Origin: Paraspadella gotoi | Lineage: Eukaryota > Animalia > Chaetognatha | Length of the DNA: 64,000 nt | Assembly (NCBI GenBank): GCA_051294375.1 | Contig: CM119266.1 | Location: 10,379,677-10,443,676, forward strand | Direction of reading: 5' to 3' | In this document: one piece after another, positions 24,321-37,223 of the stretch | Position numbering within the stretch: position 1 is the stretch's first letter | Layout: each line of letters begins with the position of its first letter | The notes under the pieces: model-generated | The model's input: the letters and a program-made list of their open reading frames with translations, nothing else | Database searches by the model: none | Told to the model about the DNA's origin: nothing | Program-made: the position numbers and the translations under genes

Positions 24321-27034
24321 TCAAGAGGCAATAGTTGAGACGGTTTTAACTAGTCTCCTATTAGTTAGCCAACAGAAGCCAGCTATTCCCACAGTGGCAC
24401 CAGCAAATCCTGCACCGAACGCTACTTTCGGAAAGTTTCCATGGCGTAAACATTTGTAACCGTGAAAGCCATCGTTGCAAACACAATAACTGAAATTAAA
24501 AAAAATATATAATAATGACAATCTGGCACTAACTATAGATATTAAAAATTTTCTCCCTGACCAAAACCAAGATAATCGTAAATTTAACCTAGTCAAGCTT
24601 AAGCATAATAATTATAAAATCAAAAATACGGATTGTACAATATACAAATTTCATACGGAAATGTTAGCTCATATGTTACACGGCGTAACCCTTTGTCGAC
24701 TTTTGGAACAGAAAGAACCCATTCGTGAAACCAGTCACATTCCATAAAAGAAACCCTAGAGGGTTCCCTAGGCGAATTTTACAATTTAAAATGCTATTAA
24801 AATTGTTTTTGTTTTAAACAAAACAAAACCAAAAAATCATTTTATGAAATTGGTACAACCAATATAAAAATTATCCATTCATTTAATAAATAAGCTATCT
24901 TGCCCCTGACTTTGGACAGGCTTTGGTGGTTTAAGGCCTCCATCACTCTTACAAGATAATTACATAGCAGGTCTCTGCAAGCTTTCAATCAAGACTCTCT
25001 CACAGTCCCGTTTATTCACTCCCAGAGTACCTGGCTTCCTTATCAATGAAGTGGAAAATATTTCAAAGAATGTTTCAATTGTATGAAAAGACCACTCCCT
25101 TAAGTATTAGATCGGGGAATACTTATTGTAATCCGCACTAGCATCAAAATTTATTTAAAGAAAAATTAATAAAAATAATATAATATAAAAATTTATAATA
25201 GAATATAATAAAAATATTCTAAATATTTTTTAATAATGAAAAAAAAACCAAATATTTTATTCAGCGTATTTAAGATCATTATTGTCACGCTCTTAATTTT
25301 TCTTTTCTATAAAAAAACATTTTTTTTATTTTCTTCCTTTTCATTTTCCCATAAGCCTCCAAAACGTATTCAACTCCAGGTTCGCCAATTTTTTTTTTTA
25401 AATTGTTAAAAATTTTTTTCTCATTTTATATAAAATTTTGTATAAATCTGATAGTATTTTTTCTGGTGATCTTTCTAATACAACCTGATCAAAAGATATT
25501 AATGGTTATACAAAAAAAAAAATTTTGTAATAATTCATAATACTATCAAAAATTAATTTTATTAAAAAATGACCCAGCCAAAAAATTTCAAAATTAGCCT
25601 AAGGAACTCCCCATGGTCTCTTTTATGGAATGTGACTAGTTTCACGAATGGGTTCTTTTTGTTATAAAAGTCGACAAAGGGTTACGCCGTGATTATGTTA
25701 CACGTTTGATGTTACTCACATATTTTTTTCTCCGGGTCCATGACTTTCACAATGAGAACCATCATTGCCGTTTGTGTTGGGGCAAGTAAAGTTTTTTGAA
25801 ATGCAATAATCTAGTTGAGTTTTGCAAACAGTGATACCTACAGTGGAAAATAATTATATTTTAATAGAGAATACTTTCCCTGCTTAAATCAGATTCCGGC
25901 TCTACGATTCACTTTGTCGGTCAGGCGGTCCCACCCCAAAATCTTATAGATAAGACACTTAGATCATGTCAGATTATCAAATTATGATCAATTATCCAAA
26001 AGAATTGATGTCCTTCCATCCATCCGTCTGTCCATCCCAACTTAGCTTTGAACGCCAATTACGATGGGACGATTGACTTAAAATTTAGTGTGTGGTTAAA
26101 AAATTGTGTGATTGAGCGGGAATTGTCCGAGTGGATATGAGTGGAAAAAAAATTACGTAAAAACTATATAATTTTGCCGGTTTTTCCTTTTATGTGAAAT
26201 ATAAATGGGGACCTATCATTATCTTGTAAGAGTGATGGAGGCCTTTAACCACCAAAGCCTGTCCAAAGTCAGGGGCAAGATAGCTTATTTATTAAATATA
26301 TATTGGTTGTACCAATTTTATAAATGCATGTTACCACAAATACTACAATTGTAACAAACACTACAACCACAACTATCACAACAACCACCATAAAACCATA
26401 ACGACCATAACCTGCATTATCAACAGAATTAAAACAAATATCACATAAAAAATACTATAAATTGTAAATATTGTTGAATTGTATTAAATAAAAAAATAGT
26501 TCAAGATAAATTATAACTTAACATCTGATTCGCTACTTTCCGCTAAATGCTCTCGTGCAGATCTGGCATTGTTTGCTCAAACTCGTTTCTCTAAATTCAA
26601 ATAAAAACTACACCCACTTACTTACCCTTAGTTTCACTCATGCTGGCCCAACTATAAATACCGCCGGGGCACTGCAAGGTGTCGTTCAAATACAGACGAT
26701 CGAGTCTCGACCATCCGTCGAAATCATTCTCATCGTATTCCTCAATGGGATTCTCGCTCAAGTCGAGAATTTCGATTTCGGCCACATCTTCAGGCTTGCG
26801 ATGCAATATGTCAGTTTTTCGCAAACTGCAGTTTCTCAAATCGAGACCGGTCACCACCGATTCGTTCTTACAGCAACGGTTTATCATTGTCCAATTTTTT
26901 TGCACGCAGAAATCCTCCACTAGGGAATGTTCGGGTAGGGAAGAGCATCCCTCCGGATCGCATATGGAAGAATCGATTCTCACAAAGTATACCAAGCAGA
27001 AGAGAGAAACGAAAACTAAAGCTTTATAGCTCAT
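24321..27034 (-). CDS. ATRAID: All-trans retinoic acid-induced differentiation factor (APR-3). Exons: 26626-27034, 25720-25837, 24321-24489
   Basis: Signal peptide; CC..V.GLDLRNCSL and LDLSENPI (LRR); CPGG..SW; EGF-like HCESHGPG...CVCNDGFHGYKCLRHGNF; TM segment ending WLTNRR. Intron phases 1 and 2 are consistent. Confidence 0.9.
24679..25691. mobile_element. Non-autonomous DNA transposon (MITE-like) with ~110-bp imperfect TIRs starting CACGGCGTAACCC, in ATRAID intron 2
   Basis: cacggcgtaaccctttgtcgacttt...cccattcgtgaaaccagtcacattccataaaaga at 24679 is the reverse complement of tcttttatggaatgtgactagtttcacgaatggg...aaagtcgacaaagggttacgccgtg ending at 25691. There is no ORF. Flanks gtta/atta form an imperfect 4-bp TSD. 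CAC...GTG termini suggest the CMC (Chapaev-like) group (inference). Confidence 0.8.
24841..25150 (-). repeat. Copy of a ~324-bp dispersed repeat nested in the TIR element
   Basis: Near-exact reverse complement of ~55950-56258. Confidence 0.85.
26216..26322 (+). repeat. Partial copy of the same ~324-bp repeat family, in ATRAID intron 1
   Basis: tcattatcttgtaagagtgatggaggcc...aagtcaggggcaagatagcttatttattaaat...ttggttgtaccaattt matches 55812-55930 and 56136-56250. Confidence 0.85.
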
Positions 27035-27316
27035 AGTGATTATGATTCTATGAAGATAATAAAAAACTGGAAAATATAAACAATAAGTTTATATCTTAAA
27101 AATTTGGCACTTTGAAGTAAATCTCGATAGGGTATGATAAAATGATTAAAAAATTGCACTTATTCGATTGTATGTAATACACACAAGCGGGTTCAATTAT
27201 GAAACTTAACATACAATAACATAGATAAAATGGCAAACACTGCTTAGCGCTCATGTACTTAAATATATATTATATATATACTTTGTTATTTTTCTTTCAT
27301 TTCGTTGGTGTAAGTT

Positions 27317-27397
27317 TAAACAAGAAAAAAGATTGAATTTCACAACGAAATTTACCAAAAAAAATTCGCCGTTAAATTCAATCTTTTCTCTTGTTTA
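27317..27397. repeat. Imperfect inverted repeat (hairpin) between ST6GAL and ATRAID
   Basis: taaacaagaaaaaagattgaattt..acaacgaaattt / aaaattcgccgt..aaattcaatcttttctcttgttta. Confidence 0.6.
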
Positions 27398-27627
27398 TAT
27401 ATAATATATATAGTGTGCATTTATATTGGTTGTAACAATTTCATATATATTATATATAAATATTTTATAAGCGCAAGTTGCCCGAGTTCACCTAATAAAT
27501 CGTAGATAAATGAATTGCGGCAATGAGATCCAAAAAAGGTTTTGTCAAACAATATTTAAAAAAAATCTTAAGCAGTAATCGATTACAACTTAAAACTGCA
27601 ACAAAAAATAAACTCGAAATACATTGT

Positions 27628-29235
27628 TTAATGTAGAGTACCGACGATGCCTAATGAAGCAGCTCCAGCATGCGGAATTTTGGGGGGACATTGGGCTTTT
27701 GCAAAGCCCTTCAGCTTTAATTTTCCTTTGATATATAGCTCTTCCTCTGTTCCATGATGTAATTTAGTCATGAGTCTTTTTTCCCACACAACTGGGTGCC
27801 AAGTACCCACTGTGCAAAATCTATTTATATCATGAGTGTTCCAATAGTGGCATTGTTCCGAATAATGAATTGAAGGTACAAACTCATACGCGGTAACGTT
27901 GTCACACAATTCCAACGCCAAGGTTATTCCCATGAAACCTGAGAAAAACAAATTAACAAAATTTTCCCAGGAATTTCGAGAGAAAGCGAATAGTATTTAT
28001 ATATAAATAATTCTTTCAATCTTACCCGTCGTCGGTGGGTTTGGAAAAATCTTTTCGGTCGGATTTCCAAAGGACCATCGATTAGAATCGATGGCGTGGC
28101 GTTGAAGAAAGTCCCACTGCCTCCAAATCCAGGCGGGATGAACTATGTAGAAAGGCACGTTAGGTAGCTTATCTCGAAAAGAGAGATAATCCTCGAAAAA
28201 CGGGTGATCGGGCTGGCGAAACCAGCCCTCCAAATTTACGCGATACTTGGACGGATCCCACACTATCAACGTCGAGTTAGATTTCGTAAACATGGGATCC
28301 ATGGCAATTTTATGCCAGCGACGGCTGAGCAACTGGCTGTTTAGCAGGCGAAACGTGGTGGCGGAACCCACGACCGATTCGAAGCCCCACGTCGGTGCAT
28401 CGTTAAAGCGAAAAACAGCGTCGTGGTCGTCGATTTCAGCGCCATTGCGGGTTCCCGCCAGAGCGCCGCTGCTGCTGACGACGGCGCAGCTCCTAAAGTG
28501 ATGAAGCGTGTCGAGCGAAACGGAGGGCGGAAGAACGTCGCCGAGATCGGCATCGGAAAATGGGGGCGTGTCGACGTCAATGTGACGGAACCTCACGTTT
28601 TTCTTCAACTCACAGAGTAGCTCGTCCCTGGTAAAGGGATGATCCGGCTGTTCGACGCCGTAGGGCACCTCGTAGGTGTCGGTAAAGTCGGAAGTGTACG
28701 ATCCCATCGAGTACAAATGGGAGAGAAACGTTTTAAGGTGAGAAAGTATAAAGCTATCGGGATCGCGGCTTTTTTTCGATAGCCTCAAGATCCTTTCAGG
28801 ATCGAAAATATCATTTTTTCGGTTTTCAACGTCGTCCTCCAACAGGTCGTTCCCTTCCGATTCTGGGGCGCGTTCCGTCGATAGAGAGACCTTCCTGCTA
28901 TTCGCCTCCTTGGATCTGGTCTTCCCAGCCGGATCATCCTGTGCCCAGGGGACAACAAAGCCGCGTTTGACCACAGACCCTATTTTTTTCCACGCGTCCT
29001 GTAAAAATGGCTTCGGCCTGACGTTGGGACGGTCGTCGTTGAAAATGCGGGCGGCGAAAGGTTGGGAGATCTTTAAGGAAAGCGTATCGGATCGTCCCTC
29101 GAGTCCCGATCGGGAACGCGATACTAAACTTCGGATTGGACGCGTGTGACTAATCTCGTTAAAGTAAATGATGGTGAAGAGGACGAACAATGTTGCCAAA
29201 AAAGACGCAAGGGCGAATAGACGAACCCCGTACAT
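27628..29235 (-). CDS. ST6GAL: Beta-galactoside alpha-2,6-sialyltransferase (GT29, ST6Gal family). Exons: 28026-29235, 27628-27938
   Basis: N-terminal type II TM anchor; sialylmotif L CAVVSSSGAL...EIDDHDAVFRFNDAPT; ST6Gal-type LIVWDP; motif S PPTT|GFMGITLALELCDNVTAYEF joined across a phase-1 intron; motif III HYW; motif VS HPVVWEK. Confidence 0.92.
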
Positions 29236-29907
29236 GGCGGATTTTTTTTGGAAAAAGACGATTCAAATTTTGGACATGGATTTGCCATCATGAATCAAAA
29301 TTTCATTTCTGAAATTTTGTTTTGATTTTTTTGAGTTATATATTAGTAAAAGTAATAAACTAAGGCGCGTTAAAATCTGAAAGTAAAAAAAAAAAGCACG
29401 GACGGAATAGAAACGTTATTAAATTAAGGCCGCGATTTTTGTGTACAAGTGTATAAAAATGATTTTCGCAAGTGTATAATTTTTTTTCATCATTAATACG
29501 TATAAAACGGGAATATTTACAATAGAGTTGCATAATGCATATACCAATACAAGCTTGATAATTCGTTAATTTGGAAAGCGCTAGAAAAGAAGTATGAGGA
29601 GGTTGCAGGTTATAAACCTTTCATTGGTTAGAGTGGCTAAAAAAATATTTTTTTTGCAGTAAATCTTGAAATAAATACGTTTACATATATTATCAAAAAC
29701 CTGAAGAGAGTGTAAGAAACATGTCTCCTGCGGAAACTTAACTATAAACATTAATTTACTTAATAATTATGTTAATTAGTAAGTAATTGTTACACCGTTC
29801 ACAACTGTGGCTGTATGATATTGCCTTACAGTATTTTTTTACAATTAATATCTAAAAATTGTTTTCAAATTTTTTAGTGGGCGCTGTAAAATTATTTAAA
29901 AGGCGAA

Positions 29908-31905
<1,998 letters not shown>

Positions 31906-32015
31906 GGCATCGCTAACATTTCGGGACAAACTAAAAACAAAAATGACGTTGGAGACCAATCGCATTTTCAATAATAAAGAGAACAAAAACAAGATATCAT
32001 ATAAAATAATTTAAT

Positions 32016-33917
32016 CTACTGCGGACAAGGATTAAAGACGGCGGCAACGATCGTCCCAGGGGGTAAATGCCAAGTCGGTGGACCTAGCGCCGTTGTCGGA
32101 GCAACGGCGACGAAAGTCGAAGCGTTCGAGGCATCGACGGGAGTGGGCGAAATCTCCACGGCTTCCTCCTTGGCGGTGGTGATGCCAGCGTCGACGAGGT
32201 TGACTTTCCGCAGGTCGACGTACTTAACCTCGAGACCCGGATGAGATCGCATGACGTGTTTCCGACAATTCCCGCTCAGACCGGAAGTGTGTGGACAATA
32301 GGCACAGCGAAAAGGTTTCTCCAGGCGGAACATGACGTCCTCCGGCGCCGTGCCGTTGCTACCCTGGCGATGGACGCGCCAAAGATGATACTTTAATCCG
32401 CTTTTGGATCTGAAGACTTCGCCACAGTTGGGGCACATCCCGACGTCGGCCCCTTCGTGAAGCCGCTTTCGATGCATCTTGACTTCGTATCCCGACCGAA
32501 ATGTCTTGCCGCATTCCTCGCAAGGGATGCGCTTTTCCTCGGCCAAGCACTTTCGCTTCTTGTGTCTGTTTAAAAGCTTGAGCAGCGGGGTCTGATAAGT
32601 TCCGCAAATTTCGCACGTAAGAATTTTGCAGCCGGGAAGCACCACGCCATGCTTGAGAAAAACATGTTGCACGATCATTGGTTTGTAAGGAGTGTAATAG
32701 TCGCAGTGAGGGCAATCGTGTTTGGCTCCATCTCCGCCGTCGTGAACCGCAGTCTCGTGTAATGCGAGGAAGTGTTTCCGAGAAAACGTTTTCCCGCACG
32801 CCAGGCATGAGTGGCTTTTTTTAGATTCGTTGGATACAGAGTCGTGTTTTTCGACGGAGTTTTCCTGTGAAATTTTTCCGGAAATCTTCTTGCCGCGGTG
32901 TTTCAACTTTACGTGAGCCTCGACCGAAGAGACGCTGCAGGCGGCGTAGTCGCAATCCGATTCTCGGCACCGCTTATAGACGGAGGGGCAAAGGATTCTG
33001 TGCTCCGTCCAGAGATGCTTGGCGCATCGCCGAGGGAAAACTTTACGCCGTGAGGCAGCTCCGCCGTCATCTCGTTCGATGACAGCGTCGCATTCCGGGC
33101 ATCGGAAAATGAAAGAGTCGTCGACGTGTTGGGACAAGACTGGATCCTGCAAGACGACGTCCTCTTCGTCGGCACGGCCCGTTTCCTTCATCACCTCCGG
33201 CTCCGCTTTTCCCAGTTTTTTCTTTTTCCTTCCACGCTTTTTTACGATGGGCTCGTACTCCCAAAGATCGTTATCCTTAGAGGATGATTTTGATCGCCGT
33301 TTGGGCCGAGTCCCTTCCGCAGCAAATTTTTCATTGTTATCGTTGTTGTCCTCAAGTTTTTCTTCCAACCAATCGGCGTCGTTTTCCTCCTTGACGACGA
33401 TCTCCGGCGACTCCGTCTCCACCGGCGCGGAGACGACGTCCGCGGGATTCGACGTCCTCTCTTCCTCAGACCTCTGGAGATCACCCACGAATTTCCGAGC
33501 TGTCTCCGCCAGTGAGAAAAGACGCAGAGAATCGGCGACGGCCAACAACTCGGAGAGAAGATCCTCGGACGGCGCGACCTCTACCGGTGAACCGTAGATC
33601 CACTCGACGATCGTCTTCATCGTCTTCTCTTTGACGGGAAGCGGAACCAGGATGCGACTGACGGGTCCTTCGGTGGATTCGACAACGTTTCGGAGGAAGG
33701 GGCTCGCCGCGGCCAGGACCACGCGATGCGCGGGGATGTTAGCGGAGAGGCGACCATCTTCCGCGGGATTCTTCTCCCCGACGAGTTCGATCTTGTCCGA
33801 CAACGTGAAGCACAAAGTCGCATCGCAAAAGAGATTTCGTTTTTGGAAAGAAAGCAACGCCGCCGAGAAGTCGGGAGACGGAGGAAATCGGATCGTAACG
33901 TCGCTGGAGGAGACCAT
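32016..33917 (-). CDS. BTB/POZ plus C2H2 zinc-finger protein (ZBTB-like), single coding exon, ~633 aa
   Basis: FCDATL...IPAHRVVLAAASPFL...IVEWIY BTB motif followed by about 8 C2H2 fingers. Likely start is ATG at 33917 (MVSSSD). The upstream part of the listed ORF contains a probable 5'UTR intron (AG|GTGCGT at ~34019). Confidence 0.88.
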   Translation of the reverse strand: MVSSSDVTIRFPPSPDFSAALLSFQKRNLFCDATLCFTLSDKIELVGEKNPAEDGRLSANIPAHRVVLAAASPFLRNVVESTEGPVSRILVPLPVKEKTMKTIVEWIYGSPVEVAPSEDLLSELLAVADSLRLFSLAETARKFVGDLQRSEEERTSNPADVVSAPVETESPEIVVKEENDADWLEEKLEDNNDNNEKFAAEGTRPKRRSKSSSKDNDLWEYEPIVKKRGRKKKKLGKAEPEVMKETGRADEEDVVLQDPVLSQHVDDSFIFRCPECDAVIERDDGGAASRRKVFPRRCAKHLWTEHRILCPSVYKRCRESDCDYAACSVSSVEAHVKLKHRGKKISGKISQENSVEKHDSVSNESKKSHSCLACGKTFSRKHFLALHETAVHDGGDGAKHDCPHCDYYTPYKPMIVQHVFLKHGVVLPGCKILTCEICGTYQTPLLKLLNRHKKRKCLAEEKRIPCEECGKTFRSGYEVKMHRKRLHEGADVGMCPNCGEVFRSKSGLKYHLWRVHRQGSNGTAPEDVMFRLEKPFRCAYCPHTSGLSGNCRKHVMRSHPGLEVKYVDLRKVNLVDAGITTAKEEAVEISPTPVDASNASTFVAVAPTTALGPPTWHLPPGTIVAAVFNPCPQ

Positions 33918-36900
33918 TGTGATTTGGGAAGGCCGCGCTTGAAGTGGGCTGGTTTGGTTAGAAATATTGATCCATGTCGATTGTGTATCAAAATGTATCA
34001 TAGATTTAGAAATACGCACCTTTCCCTTTTTATATATGTAGCGGTGGTGGCTCCTGATTATCACTCCCTTTTGCTGCCCGCATATCAACGATCAAAGCGA
34101 CGTTGAAATGACGAAAATAGAATATCTTCAAAAGAGGGGTGTTGTGACAGCTACGGTTATTAGATGAACGCCTGGTCCACAAGTTTTTTTTTCATTTAAT
34201 AACAAAATTTAACGTTTTATTTCTTTGTGATGCAACATTCCTGGTTAGGTTTGCGAATCCGGAGACCGCGAAGTTTTTTATTTTGTTGTCCCTCCTACCT
34301 AGCAGCAGCTCATACTGAAGGCGGCAAAATTTAAAATTTATTTTTAAATAAATAGTGTAAGAGAGACGGTGGCCGGTTGATAAAATTAATAAAAGAACAA
34401 CCTTGACGGTGAGCGGCGTTAATTACCACAACTTGCATAATAAAAAAACAAATGACTTTAACTTTTAACTGCTGCACCACGATGATGTAGGATTTAGGAT
34501 AAATCTTCAACCTCTCTTTTTTTGTTAAAAGTTAAAACTATCTATAACGGAAAAAAATAACATTGACATGTACCTCATGGTGAATGGTGCTTTTTATATT
34601 TTTAATGACGAGAAATTAAACGTATTTTCTCCAAGTCTTTCTGGTGATTTGAAACTGTCTCGATTCGAGTTATCTAAAAGTAGTATTTGTAAGATAACAT
34701 AATTTTGCTCAGTTTATTCTGATCATCGACTTTAGGAGGTTTATTACCCCTCCCGAAATTGTTATATTCTTGTGACAATTTGAAATTACAGCAGAACATA
34801 AGTTGTTTTAGATGAAATTTTCTCTGTACATTTCATAAACAGTTTGAATTGCATGCTTTCAAGATTGGCAGTAATTTTAAATCACTATATAGCAATAACA
34901 AAACTAAGAATACATCGTTTTAATAAAAGAAAAACCCGATAAAACATGTGCTTGCTTGCATGTTCTTATTATAAAATATTTATTAATTAAAAAAATTAAA
35001 TAACCATGTTTCTTTTTCGTTATATACAAAATTATCAAACAATTTCTATACTCTAGTTGTTAGAACAGAGATGTCAAAAACTGCTGTATAATATTATTAT
35101 ATTATAAAAAGAGGTAAACATAAATAACATATTTTTTAAAGTTTCACTGATCTCTAGCTGATTCATGCCGACAAAGTTGTATCCAAAACTTAATTAATAT
35201 TAAATAATTATACGCTAATTTATTATGGACATTTTAAAATTATTTAAAATTTTAATTTAAAATTTAAATAAATCATTTCCATTATTGTGCTCACTAGATA
35301 CCCACTCTTAGTAATACACGTATTTGGGTGTTGAAAAGATAAAAGCAAATGATGGATATCGTTTTTCATTTATGAGAAAAAAACTGGCAAAACTAATGAA
35401 AATCTATTTAAGCCTATTGTATATCTCAGATTTTTTTTTTTATTAAGGGTTTACTTTCATAAATGAAAAGCTGTTAAACAAAATAATAATTATAAGAGGC
35501 TTGGGGAAAAAAAGAGTGCGTCGGAAAACTAAACATATTTTTTCTCATTTTAACATCATCAAACTTAAAGAGTAAAACTTGTTTGACTATTTTTTTTTAT
35601 ACCAATGACTTTGACAAAAGGTTCATGAATCCAATGCGCATATCATTTCAAAACTATTGAAATGTGATAACTTTGACAAGAGGTTCATTATGTGGCGGCA
35701 TAAGAATAATAATAATAGTAATAATAATAATTGTGACTAAAGTTAGTTCGACTAGTGACTAAATTATCTTTCATAGCGCCTGGCTTTGAAACTATAAATT
35801 AAAACATGAACGTTGCTTTTTTGAAGATAGCAATTTTCTCTGTTTATCAAGATTAGGCGTAAAGCTGTACTCAAGATTTGCTCTTTAAATGAAAAAGAAT
35901 ATATTGCTGACTTAGGTGTTTGAAACATATCAGTACAAATTACACGAGGATTTCGACGTCGGCTATATAAACCGACAAAGTACTCCATTCAAGAAAGGTG
36001 TGGTATGAAAAAGACTTTACAAATGATACAGAATACGTGAAAAATACTAAACAATCAATTATAACCTTTCTTGGGATAACATCTGACTTGAATCCAAACG
36101 TGTGGGAAAAAAAGAATTTTTGCAGATGTTTCTTAATTATACAAATGAAAATACAAATTCTGCAAAATTTCTTTTTGTAAATGGCTTATCTAATCTATTT
36201 TCAGTGTACTGGCCAATATTCCTATCTGTTTCTATAAAACTCCAAAAGCAAAAGTTAATAAAATAATATTCGTAAAGGAAATAGTCTTGCACATAAATGC
36301 ATAGATATGCCTACAATTGCAGAAAGAAAGAAAATTGTTTCCCTGGCATTAAATTTTAAAAAAATCACAGCTGTATTTATATAACTTAGATAGTAATGAT
36401 TTTTATGTGCCAAAAAGAATTCAGTCCGTCTATGAAAGTGACTTATATACAAGCGCGCAAGATATATTGATGAGGAAATCTTGAGTATAGCTTCGTTGGA
36501 TCTAAGTTACAAAGAACCTCAGCTTCAAAAAAACAAAGTGACAATTTTTTTTTTAATTTATGACTAGCTTTGGGGAAAATTAATACCATCTCACCCTTTA
36601 ACGGAGATGCATAACACAATAACCTGGAAGCATTTCATCAGATCAAACGTGTAATAGTTTCAAACACTTTTTTTAAAAAGTGCTGCACAACATCACATTT
36701 TACTAAATATTTTAATCACCCGTTTCTTTTTATCTTACAAACAAAAAGAAATGAAGAAGAATAAAAACTAAATCCGTTGCAACACAGAAAAGAAAAGGAG
36801 GTTTTTCTTTTTAGGTGGAGTAAGTTAAATTCAGCTGCGTACTTTCTTTGATGATGTATCCTTATCATTTGTTCCAAAAATATTTTCGACTATTAAGTAC

Positions 36901-37223
36901 GAGTTTTACTAGATTAAGGAGGGTTAACATATTTTATAATGGTAAGACATGGCAGGTAGACTCAAATAGGAATTTTTCCATAAAGGCCATATTGCAGCCA
37001 ATGTAGTTACCTAGAGTTAACTTGGTAAAGAATATATAAGTGCAAGACACAAGTGGCAGTCTCTATTTCCTGCACAAAATGACTCAATTTCTGTAGTTCA
37101 GCATCGTGATATGTGAATTGAGTGAATAAAAAATTAGAGTACAAACAAATGAAAAAAAAAATTATTTTAAACTAATATTCTCTGTACCAATTAGAATTAT
37201 GTCAATAAAATGACTTTTAATAT

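Noticed and set aside
29701-29725. CTGAAGA...GAAACATGTC hammerhead-like core on +
   Set aside because: The intervening gagtgtaa cannot form stem II and the flanks do not form stem I. At most a decayed relic.
33918-34088. N-terminal extension of the 690-aa BTB ORF from a TTG start
   Set aside because: Non-ATG start and contains probable intron signals; ATG 33917 is preferred.
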